Shown: positions 19,367 to 28,520 of the stretch, in pieces | Numbering within the stretch: position 1 is the first letter of the stretch | How the letters are laid out: each line of letters begins with the position of its first letter | NCBI RefSeq assembly: GCF_028290205.1 | Contig: NZ_JAQGKF010000099.1 | Location: 10,496-74,495 of the forward strand | Length of the DNA: 64,000 nucleotides | Reading direction: 5' to 3' | Origin: Enterovirga sp. | GTDB taxonomy: Bacteria > Pseudomonadota > Alphaproteobacteria > Rhizobiales > Beijerinckiaceae | Program-made: the position numbers and the translations under genes | The notes under the pieces: generated by a model | Database searches by the model: none | Told to the model about the DNA's origin: nothing | The model's input: only the letters and a program-made list of their open reading frames with translations

Positions 19367-20661
19367 TGGCGCAGCGGCTCGCAGCCGGCGCACCCGGCTT
19401 CGAGCAAGCCTTTGCCGGGCTCCTCGCCACTAAGCGCGAGGCCTCGGTCGATGTGGATACGGGGGTTGCCGAAATCATCGCGGCCGTGCGGACGGGCGGC
19501 GACGCCGCCGTGATCGAGTTCACGCGCCGCTTCGACGGCCACGCCCCGGAGCCCGGGGCCCTGCGCATCGAGGCGGACGAGATCGACCGGGCCGTCGCCG
19601 GCCTCCACGGCGAGGCGGTCGATGCGCTAAGCCTCGCCCGCGACCGCATCGAGGCGCATCACCGGGCGCAGATCCCGACCGACCACGACCAGACGGATGC
19701 GCTCGGCGTCCGGCTCGGCTGGCGCTGGCGGGCCATCGAGGCGGTCGGGCTCTATGTGCCGGGGGGCACCGCCTCCTACCCGTCCTCCGTCCTGATGAAC
19801 GCGGTGCCGGCCAAGGTCGCCGGTGTCGAGCGGGTGGTCATGGTGGTGCCGACTCCGAACGGGCATCTGAACCCGCTCGTGCTGGCGGCGGCGCGGCTCG
19901 CCGGGGTCGACGAGATCTACCGCATCGGGGGCGCCCAGGCGGTCGCGGCGCTGGCCTACGGCACGGAGACGATCCGGCCCGTCAGCAAGATCGTCGGGCC
20001 GGGCAACGCCTATGTGGCGGCCGCCAAGCGGCGTGTCTTCGGGCAGGTCGGGATCGACATGATCGCGGGCCCTTCGGAGGTCCTGATCCTGGCCGACGCC
20101 GGCGCCGACCCGGAATGGGTGGCCGCCGACCTCCTGGCGCAGGCCGAGCACGACACGGCCGCGCAGGCCATCCTGATCACCTCGTCCGCCGAACTCGCCG
20201 ACCGCGTCGCAGCCGCGGTCGAGGCGCAACTCGCGACGCTGCCGCGGCGCGACATCGCGGCTGCGAGCTGGCGCGATCACGGCGCCATCATCACCCTCGG
20301 CAGCCTCGAGGACGCCGTCCCCCTCGTGGATCTGATCGCCCCGGAGCACCTCGAGATCGAGGCGGAGGGCGCCGAGCGCCTGGCCGGGCTTGTCCGCAAC
20401 GCCGGCGCCATCTTCCTCGGCGCCTATACGCCCGAGGCGCTGGGAGACTACGTGGCCGGGTCGAACCACGTTCTGCCGACCGCCCGCTCGGCCCGGTTCG
20501 CCTCCGGCCTCGGCGTGCTCGACTTCATGAAGCGCACGGCCATCCTGGATTGCAGCCGCGAGGCTCTGGCCCGGATCGGGCCGGCCGCAGTCGCACTCGG
20601 CCGGGCCGAGGGGCTGGAAGGGCATGCCCGCTCGGTGCTGATGAGGCTCGATCGCGCATGA
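19366..20661 (+). CDS. hisD: histidinol dehydrogenase
   Basis: [49 protein letters not shown]. Confidence 0.97.
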   Translation: MAQRLAAGAPGFEQAFAGLLATKREASVDVDTGVAEIIAAVRTGGDAAVIEFTRRFDGHAPEPGALRIEADEIDRAVAGLHGEAVDALSLARDRIEAHHRAQIPTDHDQTDALGVRLGWRWRAIEAVGLYVPGGTASYPSSVLMNAVPAKVAGVERVVMVVPTPNGHLNPLVLAAARLAGVDEIYRIGGAQAVAALAYGTETIRPVSKIVGPGNAYVAAAKRRVFGQVGIDMIAGPSEVLILADAGADPEWVAADLLAQAEHDTAAQAILITSSAELADRVAAAVEAQLATLPRRDIAAASWRDHGAIITLGSLEDAVPLVDLIAPEHLEIEAEGAERLAGLVRNAGAIFLGAYTPEALGDYVAGSNHVLPTARSARFASGLGVLDFMKRTAILDCSREALARIGPAAVALGRAEGLEGHARSVLMRLDRA

Positions 20662-21134
20662 CCGACGGGTGCGCCCGCCTGGTCGCCGTGACACTCGACG
20701 AGGCCTCCATCGGTCGCGGCAACCCGGACCAGGAGCATGAACGGGCGATCGCGATCTACGACATCGTCGAGCAGAACTCGTTCCGCGTCCCCGAATACCC
20801 AACCGGGCCCTATGCGCTCCATCTCGCCCTCGTGGAGAACCGGCTCTGTTTCGAGATCCGGGCCGCCGAGGGGGAGGGCCGCATCACGCACCACCTCTCG
20901 CTGACCCCCTTCCGCAAGGTCATCCGCGACTACCGAATGGTCTGCGAAAGCTATTACGCCGCCATCCGGAGTGCCTCGCCGGCCCAGATCGAGGCCATCG
21001 ACATGGGGCGGCGCGGGCTCCACAACGAGGCATCCGAGCTCCTCGTGCAGCGGCTCGAAGGCAAGGTGGAGATCGATTTCGACACCGCCCGGCGCCTGTT
21101 CACGCTGATCTACGCCCTGCACTGGAAGGGCTGA
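20658..21134 (+). CDS. UPF0262 family protein
   Basis: [44 protein letters not shown]. Confidence 0.88.
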   Translation: MTDGCARLVAVTLDEASIGRGNPDQEHERAIAIYDIVEQNSFRVPEYPTGPYALHLALVENRLCFEIRAAEGEGRITHHLSLTPFRKVIRDYRMVCESYYAAIRSASPAQIEAIDMGRRGLHNEASELLVQRLEGKVEIDFDTARRLFTLIYALHWKG

Positions 21135-21137
21135 GCC

Positions 21138-21596
21138 GTGGCGGGCCCGGACCGCACGGGTGGGCGGCGGGTGCAGTCGGTGCTGTTCGTCTGCGCGATG
21201 AACGCGATCCGGTCCCCGCTGGCCGAGGCCCTGGCGCGGCACTATTTCGGCAAGTCCGTCTATGTCCAGTCCGCCGGGGTCCGCCAGGGGGAGCGCGACC
21301 CCTTCGCCGTGGCCGTGCTGGACGAACTCGGGATTGACGGATCCAAGCACAAGCCCCGCACCCTGGTCGACCTGGAGGAATGGGAGGGGCTGAATTTCGA
21401 CCTCATCGTGTCGCTCTCGCCCGAGGCGCACCACGCCGCGCTGGAGCTGACCCGGACGGTCGCGGCCGAGGTGGAATACTGGCCGACGGCCGACCCGACG
21501 CTGACCCAGGGCACGCGCGAGCAGGTGCTGGACGCCTACCGGGATGTCCGCGACGGGCTCAGCTACCGGATCAGGCTGCGCTTGAAGGGCTCATAG
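21138..21596 (+). CDS. low-molecular-weight phosphotyrosine phosphatase / ArsC-like protein
   Basis: VLFVCAMNAIRSP (CX5R), WPTADP. Confidence 0.85.
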   Translation: MAGPDRTGGRRVQSVLFVCAMNAIRSPLAEALARHYFGKSVYVQSAGVRQGERDPFAVAVLDELGIDGSKHKPRTLVDLEEWEGLNFDLIVSLSPEAHHAALELTRTVAAEVEYWPTADPTLTQGTREQVLDAYRDVRDGLSYRIRLRLKGS

Positions 21597-21917
21597 GCCG
21601 AAGGCGCGCATGGCCGCCGCCGCTGCGAGCCCGGCCAGGAGCGCGGCCAGCTCGTTGCCGGCGAGCCGCGCCGTGAGCACGGCAGCCAGCACGCCCAGAA
21701 TGGCGGGCGGCCCCGCCGCAATCGCAATGGGCACCACCGTCGCGGCCACGATGGATCCGGGCAGGGCTGCGAGGGCGCGCTCGACCGGCGGCGTGATCCG
21801 GACGCGGCTCATCATGGCAACTCCGCCGATCCGCAGCAGATAGGTCAACAGCGCCATCAGGCCGATGGCGAGCCAAGGGCCCGCCGGACCGGCGATCCAG
21901 CCCTCAACGGTGCTCAC
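21591..21917 (-). CDS. azlD: AzlD-family branched-chain amino acid transport protein
   Basis: Hydrophobic 108 aa; TYLLRIGG; overlaps the azlC 3' end. Confidence 0.8.
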   Translation of the reverse strand: MSTVEGWIAGPAGPWLAIGLMALLTYLLRIGGVAMMSRVRITPPVERALAALPGSIVAATVVPIAIAAGPPAILGVLAAVLTARLAGNELAALLAGLAAAAAMRAFGL

Positions 21918-22623
21918 GGTGACATGCTCCGGTGAGGGCGCCGGCCAGCGCTCCGGCCACGATGAAGAGATAGCCGGGCACGAGGGCCTGCACGGCGAGC
22001 GCCACGAGCCCGGCCACTAGCCAGGGTGGGCCGGAGCGCCCGACGCCGCGCCAGAGCGGCACCGCAAAGGCCGCGAAGAAGAACGGCAGCACGAGATCAA
22101 GCGCGTAGCGCTTCGGATCGGTCACCAGCGCGCCCGTGAGATAGCCCGGGATGGTGGCGATCCACCACACCGTCCAGGACAGAAGTCCGGCGCCGAGGAA
22201 GACGCCGGCATCGCGTCCGCCCTCGGCCCGGTGCCGCTCGGCCGCAAGCCAGCTCGCCTCGAACAGAAGAAACAGCGACCCGGCCTGGGCCGGCAGCGAG
22301 GCGCCCTTGAGCCAGGGCTGGAGCGAGGCGCCCATCAGCACGAAGCGGGCGTTCACGGCCGAGGTCACGGCCGCGATGGTCAGGAGCGCGCCCAATGTCC
22401 AGGTCTCGCGCCAGAGTTCGAGAGACAGCATCTGCGAGGCGCCGGCGGTCAGGACCATGCTCATCCCGACCGCTTCCCAGAGCGTCAGGCCCTTCTGCAC
22501 GGAGGCGGCTCCGAAGGCGAAGGCGAAGGCGATCACGCCCGGGAGGCTGGGGGCCACGATGCGGGCGCCCAGCAGGCAGCCCGCCCCGGTGACGACGGGA
22601 CGGGCGTCCGGAATCGGGGGCAT
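21904..22623 (-). CDS. azlC: AzlC-family permease
   Basis: FAFGA, AGASQ, VNARFVLMGASL, W..AT..G. Confidence 0.85.
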   Translation of the reverse strand: MPPIPDARPVVTGAGCLLGARIVAPSLPGVIAFAFAFGAASVQKGLTLWEAVGMSMVLTAGASQMLSLELWRETWTLGALLTIAAVTSAVNARFVLMGASLQPWLKGASLPAQAGSLFLLFEASWLAAERHRAEGGRDAGVFLGAGLLSWTVWWIATIPGYLTGALVTDPKRYALDLVLPFFFAAFAVPLWRGVGRSGPPWLVAGLVALAVQALVPGYLFIVAGALAGALTGACHREHR

Positions 22624-22762
22624 CGTGCTGTCTCGGCGAACCGCGGCTTTGCCGCCCCGGACGCCCGCCGTCAACGCAGGGCTGCGCCTCTCTCGCCTTT
22701 GCGCGCAGGCTTCGCTTAGGATGTCGGCAAGACGAGCCCGCGCAGACGGGCCAGCCGGGAGG

Positions 22763-23746
22763 ATGACGATGACGTTGATCTGGTCACGCCGCCGGATTCT
22801 GGGTGGCGCGGGCGCGCTGGCGGTCGCTGGAGGCCGGCCTGCTTTCGCGCAGAGCTATCCGGTGCGGCCGATCCGCTGGGTGGTGGGCTACCCGCCGGGA
22901 GGCACCACCGATGTGCTGGCCCGTCTGGTGGCGGAGCCGCTGGGCCGGCGCCTCGGCCAGCAGGTCTATATCGAGAACCGGCCCGGTGCCGGCAACAACA
23001 TCGGCACCGAGGCAGTGATCAACGCCGAGCCGGATGGCTACACGATTCTTCTGGTCAATCCGGCGAACGGCATCAACGCGACGCTGTACAAGAAGCTGAA
23101 CTTCAACTTCGTCGAGGATATCGCGCCCGTTTGCGGCATCACGCGTTCGCCGAACATCATGGAGATCACGCCGTCCCTGCCGGTGAAGACGGTCTCGGAG
23201 TTCATCGCGTATTGTAAGGCCAACCCCGGCAAGGTGAATATGGCCTCGTCCGGGCTCGGCACCTCCGTCCACATGTCCGGCGAGTTGTTCAAGTCGATGA
23301 CGGGCGTCGACATGGTGCATGTGCCCTATCGCGGCGCCGGGCCGGCGCTGATCGATATGCTGTCGGGTCAGGCGCATGTCCTTTTCGACAACCTGCCGTC
23401 CTCGATCGAGCACGTGCGTGCCGGCAAGCTGCGGGCCCTCGCCGTGACCACGCTCGAGCCCTCGCCGGCCCTTCCCGGTGTTCCGACCGTTGCCGAAACG
23501 GTGCCCGGCTACGAGGCCACGGCCTGGTTCGGGATCGGGGCGCCCAAGAAGACGCCGCCCGAGCTGATCGCGCGGCTCAACAAGGAGGTGAACGAGATCC
23601 TCCAGGAGCCCGCGATGATCAGGAAGCTCGCCGATCTCGGCGGTGCGCCCTGGCTGCTGACCCCGGCGCAATTCGGTCAGGCCATCGCCGACGAGACCGC
23701 GAAATGGAGGAAAGTGGTCGAGTTTTCGGGGGCCAAGCTCGAGTGA
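22763..23746 (+). CDS. Bug/TctC tripartite tricarboxylate transporter substrate-binding protein
   Basis: Tat-like SRRRIL; YPVRPIRWVVGYPPGGTTD, ENRPGAG, VPYRGAGPA, WFGIGAP. Confidence 0.92.
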   Translation: MTMTLIWSRRRILGGAGALAVAGGRPAFAQSYPVRPIRWVVGYPPGGTTDVLARLVAEPLGRRLGQQVYIENRPGAGNNIGTEAVINAEPDGYTILLVNPANGINATLYKKLNFNFVEDIAPVCGITRSPNIMEITPSLPVKTVSEFIAYCKANPGKVNMASSGLGTSVHMSGELFKSMTGVDMVHVPYRGAGPALIDMLSGQAHVLFDNLPSSIEHVRAGKLRALAVTTLEPSPALPGVPTVAETVPGYEATAWFGIGAPKKTPPELIARLNKEVNEILQEPAMIRKLADLGGAPWLLTPAQFGQAIADETAKWRKVVEFSGAKLE

Positions 23747-23849
23747 CGCCAATGGCGGCGATGGGCGGGGCCGGACGCCCTCGCCAGGTTGAGTTCGATG
23801 CATTCAGCCCCGGTGGCCGGACAGGACGCACACTTTCGGAGAACACCTC

Positions 23850-25196
23850 ATGACCCGTCAGCGCACATCCGAACGCGGCCTCACTGAACTCTACGGCAAC
23901 GATCCGGAGCGCGCCGACGCGCTCGTCTTCGGCCGCAGGGCGGCAGTCGGACGCCGCGGCTTCCTGGGCGGCGCCGGGCTCGCCGCGATGGGAGCCGCCG
24001 TCGGCGGCGCGATCCCGTTCGCGGCGTCCATGCCGGCTGGCCTTGTTCCGGCGGCGCTGGCCCAGGGCTCGCCGGCTCCGGCCGCCAAGGGGCCGCAGCC
24101 ACTCGACTTTCCGGGAAAGAGCAAGGGGCTGACGGTGCTTGGGGACCGGCCGCTAGTGGCCGAGACGCCCGAGCAACTCCTTGACGACGAGGTCACGCCC
24201 TTTGAGAAGTTCTTTATCCGCAACAACGGTCAGCTGCCCGAGGCCGCCGCCAGCGCGGACGGCTGGAAGATCAAGGTCGAGGGCGAGGTCAACACCCCTC
24301 TCGAACTCAGCCTCGGCGAACTGAAGAGCCGCTTCCAGCCGAAGACCTACCGCATGGTGCTGGAATGCGGCGGCAACGGCCGCTCCTTCTTCGTGCCGCA
24401 GGCGCGCGGCAACCCGTGGACGAATGGCGGCGTCGGCTGCGCGGAATGGACCGGCGTGCCCTTGGCCGACGTGCTCAAGGCGGCCGGGCTGAAGCCGAGC
24501 GCGGCCTACACGGCCCATTACGGTGCCGACCTTCACCTCTCGGGAGATCCGGACAAGGAGTCGCTGTCGCGCGGCATGCCCATTCCCAAGGCCATGGAAG
24601 AGCATGGCCTTGTGGTCTTCGCCATGAACGGGCAGCCGCTGCCCACCATTCATGGCGGCCCCGTGCGGCTGCTGATCCCGGGCTGGCCGGGCTCGCTGTC
24701 GCACAAGTGGCTGACCCGGATCGTGCTCCGCGACCGGGAGCATGACGGCCAGGGCATGACCGGCACATCCTACCGGGTGCCGATCCGCCCCATGATCCCG
24801 GGCGGCAAGACCGACGACGCGAACATGCGGATCCTGGAATCCATGCCGGTCCGGTCGATTGTCACCAACCCGCCGAACGGCGCGCGGCTGGCCGCCGGCC
24901 TGCGCGAGGTGCCGCTCCGGGGCGCCGCTTGGGCCGGCGACGACACGGTCAGCAAGGTCGAGGTCTCGTGCGATTTCGGCGCGACCTGGTCGGCGGCGCA
25001 GCTCGCGGCGCCGAAGAACCGCTACGACTGGCAGCGCTGGACGGCGAGGCTGACCCTGCCGTCGGACGGCTATTTCGAGGTCTGGTCGCGGGCGACGGAC
25101 AGCCGCGGCCGGGCGCAGCCGCATGCTGCTGCGAACTGGAATCCGCAGGGCTATGGCGGCAACACGCTCCATCGCGTGGCCATTCTGGTCGGCTGA
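23850..25196 (+). CDS. periplasmic molybdopterin sulfite dehydrogenase (SorT/SorA, sulfite oxidase family)
   Basis: Tat GRRGFL; FFIRNN, LECGGNGR (Mo-ligand Cys), HGGPVRLLIPGW..S.KWL, WNPQGY. Confidence 0.9.
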   Translation: MTRQRTSERGLTELYGNDPERADALVFGRRAAVGRRGFLGGAGLAAMGAAVGGAIPFAASMPAGLVPAALAQGSPAPAAKGPQPLDFPGKSKGLTVLGDRPLVAETPEQLLDDEVTPFEKFFIRNNGQLPEAAASADGWKIKVEGEVNTPLELSLGELKSRFQPKTYRMVLECGGNGRSFFVPQARGNPWTNGGVGCAEWTGVPLADVLKAAGLKPSAAYTAHYGADLHLSGDPDKESLSRGMPIPKAMEEHGLVVFAMNGQPLPTIHGGPVRLLIPGWPGSLSHKWLTRIVLRDREHDGQGMTGTSYRVPIRPMIPGGKTDDANMRILESMPVRSIVTNPPNGARLAAGLREVPLRGAAWAGDDTVSKVEVSCDFGATWSAAQLAAPKNRYDWQRWTARLTLPSDGYFEVWSRATDSRGRAQPHAAANWNPQGYGGNTLHRVAILVG

Positions 25197-25199
25197 CCC

Positions 25200-25583
25200 A
25201 TGCGGAGCAGCACACGGGGAGGGCGCCTGGCTCTCGTCATCGGGCTGGCGGCCGCTTTCGCAACCGGTCCGGCCTGGGCCCAGCCGGCGCCGCGCGAGGA
25301 GCGGGTGGAGGACCTGCCGCCCGGCCCCGGCCGGGAGGAGACCTTCGGCCTGTGCGCCGCCTGCCACGCCTACCGGCTCGTGGCCAACCAGGGCCTGACG
25401 CGTGACAGGTGGGACGAGACGTTGCGCTGGATGACCGAACGGCACAACATGCCGGACATTCAGGGGGAGGACCGCGCGCTCATCCTCGACTACCTGGCGG
25501 CAGCACATCCCCCGAAGACGGCGCCCGCCGCAGGCGGCTTCCGCAACCCGTTTGCCGACGAGGCGCCGGCCCGGCAGCCCTGA
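25200..25583 (+). CDS. monoheme cytochrome c (SorU/SorB-like partner)
   Basis: Signal peptide; CAACH; WM..RHNMP; 3 nt after the sulfite dehydrogenase stop. Confidence 0.85.
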   Translation: MRSSTRGGRLALVIGLAAAFATGPAWAQPAPREERVEDLPPGPGREETFGLCAACHAYRLVANQGLTRDRWDETLRWMTERHNMPDIQGEDRALILDYLAAAHPPKTAPAAGGFRNPFADEAPARQP

Positions 25584-25742
25584 ACCGGTCGCGCGCCGAG
25601 CCGCGCCGCAGGCCGCGGCACCGACAGCCCCGACCTGCGTTGACCCCTGCCGGACCCGGCCGCAAAGCGGCGTGACGGCAGCGCGGCGTTGACGGATCGC
25701 TTCCGGGCTTTCGCCGTTGCGCTCCCTGCACAGGAGATCACG

Positions 25743-26144
25743 TTGTTGCGATTTCTTTTCGCGCTGGCCCTGCCGGCGCTGCTTCTCCCGGTCGGTCCGG
25801 TCGCCGCCCAGGATGCCGCGGCCGGCGAAAAGCTGTTTTCGCAGTGCCGCGCCTGCCACCAGGTCGGAGATAAAGCCCGTAACGCGGTGGGCCCTGTTCT
25901 GAACGGCCTGTTCGGCCGGAAGGCCGGGACGGTCGAAGGCTATTCCTACAGCCCTGCGAACAAGAATTCCGGCCTCACATGGGACGAGGCGACCTTCCGT
26001 GACTACATCAAGGACCCCAAGGCCAAGATCCCGGGGACGAAAATGATGTATCCGGGATTGAAGGACGACGCTCGAATCGGTGATCTCGTGGCCTATCTCA
26101 AGCAGTTCGATGCCGCCGGAAACAGGTCTGCCGGGACGCCCTGA
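25743..26144 (+). CDS. cytochrome c2 (class I)
   Basis: TTG after AGGAG; CRACH, GPVLNG, YS.ANK, KIPGTKM. Confidence 0.92.
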   Translation: MLRFLFALALPALLLPVGPVAAQDAAAGEKLFSQCRACHQVGDKARNAVGPVLNGLFGRKAGTVEGYSYSPANKNSGLTWDEATFRDYIKDPKAKIPGTKMMYPGLKDDARIGDLVAYLKQFDAAGNRSAGTP

Positions 26145-26417
26145 GGTCTTTTGACGCGCCAAGGCTCGCTCGGTAACCGCCGGCGCTATCATAGACACTA
26201 GTCGAAGGAGTGCCGTGGAACCCACATTTGACAAGGACCGTTGTTCGGCAAGGTGGGAAGCTCAGACCCGCGATGACGCGTCTGGGTCGGGCCGGCCAAG
26301 TCCTCCATGCACGCAACATTGTGGCCGAGATGCTCCCGCAAGAGCGTGTCGGTTCGTCAAAGGTGACGATGTTCCGTTGACCCGGGTAGCCGATGCGCTC
26401 TCCCCAACTGCAACTTT

Positions 26418-27140
26418 GTGTCGAACCTGTCGGGGCAGAACATGCACAACGCGCTTCTTGAAAGTCTTGCACCGGCGGACTTGGCCTGTCTCTCGCCCGG
26501 TCTTGCCCGGGTTCAGCTCACGTCCGGGCAGGTTCTTCTGTCGACGGGAACGCCGGCCGAGCATGTCTGCTTTCCCGAGGATGGCCTCGTCTCCCTTCTG
26601 AGCGGGCTCGACGGCCACAGCATCGAGACCGGCCTTGTCGGCCGAGACGGTCTGGTCGGGGTGGCGGTGCTGTTTGGGCACGACCGCATGCCGCACAAGG
26701 CCGTGGTTCAGCTCCCCGGTCCCGCCTGGCGTGTTTCAGCGGCAGATTTCCGCCGCGCGCTGCGCCAGAGCGCCACGCTTCACGAGCACCTGCTGCGCTA
26801 CGCCTGCGACTATGCCGTCCAGGCGGAACAGACGGCCTTTGCGGCCGGCAAATGCACTGTCGAGCAGCGCCTGGCGCGCTGGCTCCTGATGGCCCAGGAC
26901 CGCCTGAACCGCGACGACGTCGATCTCACGCACGAATGTCTGGCCAATACGCTCGGCGTGCGGCGGCCCGGCGTCACGGTCGCGCTGCACGTGCTCGAAG
27001 GCGAGTTCGCCATCCGGTCGCGCCGGGGCCGGATCACGATCCGGTGTCGTGAGCGCCTGAAACGGCTCGCCGGTGCGGCCTATGCGGAGCCGGATCGGGC
27101 GCGCCAGCCGGCCGAGCCGGAACTCATCCAGGCGGCCTGA
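26418..27140 (+). CDS. Crp/Fnr-family transcriptional regulator
   Basis: cNMP-like N-domain (GLVGRDG), EQRLARWLL, HTH LTHECLANTLGVRRPGVT. Confidence 0.9.
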   Translation: MSNLSGQNMHNALLESLAPADLACLSPGLARVQLTSGQVLLSTGTPAEHVCFPEDGLVSLLSGLDGHSIETGLVGRDGLVGVAVLFGHDRMPHKAVVQLPGPAWRVSAADFRRALRQSATLHEHLLRYACDYAVQAEQTAFAAGKCTVEQRLARWLLMAQDRLNRDDVDLTHECLANTLGVRRPGVTVALHVLEGEFAIRSRRGRITIRCRERLKRLAGAAYAEPDRARQPAEPELIQAA

Positions 27141-27171
27141 CCGAGGCCGCGCCGCCCGGGCGGAAGCGCGG

Positions 27172-28260
27172 TCAGCGCCCGGTTCGGATTCTCGTCCAGA
27201 GGCGGGTCACGATCCGCTGCGTCGCCTCGTCATAGGCCGTGTTGGTGAACAGGCGCGCCATGGTGGCCTCGTCCGGAAAGATGCCGGCGTCTTTCAGAAT
27301 CTCGGGTTTCACCAGGTCCTTGGCGGCGAGATTGCCGCCCGCATAGGCCACGAAGTTGGTGTTGGCCGCCGCCACCTCCGGCCGCAGCATGTAGTCGATG
27401 AAGGCGTAGGCCTCGGCAGGGTGCTCCGCCTCAGCCGGGATCGCGAAGGCGTCGAACCACATCAGCGCCCCCTCGCGTGGGATGTGGTAGGCGATCTCGA
27501 CGCCCTTGCCGGCCTCCTCGGCGCGCTTGCGGGCCTGGATGATGTCGCCCGAAAAGCCGACCGCCACGCAGATGTCGCCGTTGGCCAGCGCGTTGATGTA
27601 TTCAGACGAGTGGAACTTGGCGATGTTGCCCCGCACCGCCATCAGCGTCTCGGCAGCGCGCCGGAGATCCGCCTCGGCCTTCGAATCCGGCTCGAGGCCG
27701 ATCGCCTTGAGAACGCCCGGCATCATGTCTTCCGGCGAATCCAGCATGTGAATGCCGCAATCCTTGAGCTTGGCGGCGATCTCGGGCTTCAGCACCACGT
27801 CCCAGGTGGCCGCAGGCATGTCGCCCAGCCGCTCCCTGACCTTGGCGACGTTCACGCCGATTCCCGTCGTGCCCCACATGTAGTCGACGGCATATTGGTT
27901 GCCGGGGTCAAACGCGGCGAGCCGGTTCACGATCTCGGGCCAAGCGTATTTCAGGTTCGGCAGCTTCGTCTTGTCGAGTTTCTGGAACACGCCCGCCTTG
28001 ATCAGCCGCTGCAGAAAGGCGCCGGACGGCACCACGATGTCATAGCCTGACTTTCCGGCCAGCAGCTTGGTCTCGACGATCTCGTTGTTGTCATAGGTGT
28101 CGTAGACGACGCGGATGCCGGTGTCCTTGGTGAAGGACTCCAGCATCTTCGGGTCGATGTAGTCCGACCAGTTGTAGACGTGGACGACGCGGTCCTGCGC
28201 CGCAGCCGCGAAGGACGAGGCGAGCAGGACGAGAGCGGCAAGGACAGGTCGAAGACGCAT
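27172..28260 (-). CDS. potF: putrescine/polyamine ABC substrate-binding protein
   Basis: YNWSDYI, LLAGKSGYD.VVP, YMWGTTG, FHSSEYINALANGD, PREGALMWFD. Confidence 0.9.
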   Translation of the reverse strand: MRLRPVLAALVLLASSFAAAAQDRVVHVYNWSDYIDPKMLESFTKDTGIRVVYDTYDNNEIVETKLLAGKSGYDIVVPSGAFLQRLIKAGVFQKLDKTKLPNLKYAWPEIVNRLAAFDPGNQYAVDYMWGTTGIGVNVAKVRERLGDMPAATWDVVLKPEIAAKLKDCGIHMLDSPEDMMPGVLKAIGLEPDSKAEADLRRAAETLMAVRGNIAKFHSSEYINALANGDICVAVGFSGDIIQARKRAEEAGKGVEIAYHIPREGALMWFDAFAIPAEAEHPAEAYAFIDYMLRPEVAAANTNFVAYAGGNLAAKDLVKPEILKDAGIFPDEATMARLFTNTAYDEATQRIVTRLWTRIRTGR

Positions 28261-28399
28261 TGCCTGAAGAACTCCGGAGCGGGTCGGCGCGAGCGCCGCG
28301 TTGGCCCGGAGAGTAGGGCGCGCGGCGGCCCGCCATCAACCCGCAGGCGCGCGCCGGACCGGAGCGCCGCGCCTGCGCTCCGGAGGTAGCACACGGGTG

Positions 28400-28427
28400 T
28401 TGACGCCGCAGCCCGGCGTGCTAGCCT
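28400..28427 (+). promoter_or_regulatory. sigma70-type promoter
   Basis: TTGACG (28400-28405), 16-nt spacer, extended -10 TG-C-TAGCCT (28419-28427). Confidence 0.6.
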
Positions 28428-28433
28428 GCGTTC

Positions 28434-28504
28434 GAGGTTGGTGGAGCTGCAATCGCGGCACTGGTATCAGCCGACCTCAAGGGGGCCTAGGCCCCCATTT
28501 TTTT
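28434..28504 (+). ncRNA. candidate small structured RNA, unassigned
   Basis: Starts 7 nt after the -10; GAGGTTGG/CCGACCTC closing stem with two internal hairpins; ends in an intrinsic terminator; antisense-oriented between two minus-strand genes. Confidence 0.65.
28481..28504 (+). terminator. Rho-independent terminator
   Basis: GGGGGC-CTAG-GCCCCC followed by ATTTTTTT. Confidence 0.85.
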
Positions 28505-28520
28505 GCCCGGAGGCCGAGGG

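Noticed and set aside
28434-28504. Calling the sRNA SRP (4.5S) RNA
   Set aside because: It starts GAGGTTGGTGG, superficially like alphaproteobacterial SRP RNAs, but lacks the TCAGGTCCGGAAGGAAGCAGC domain and is too short.
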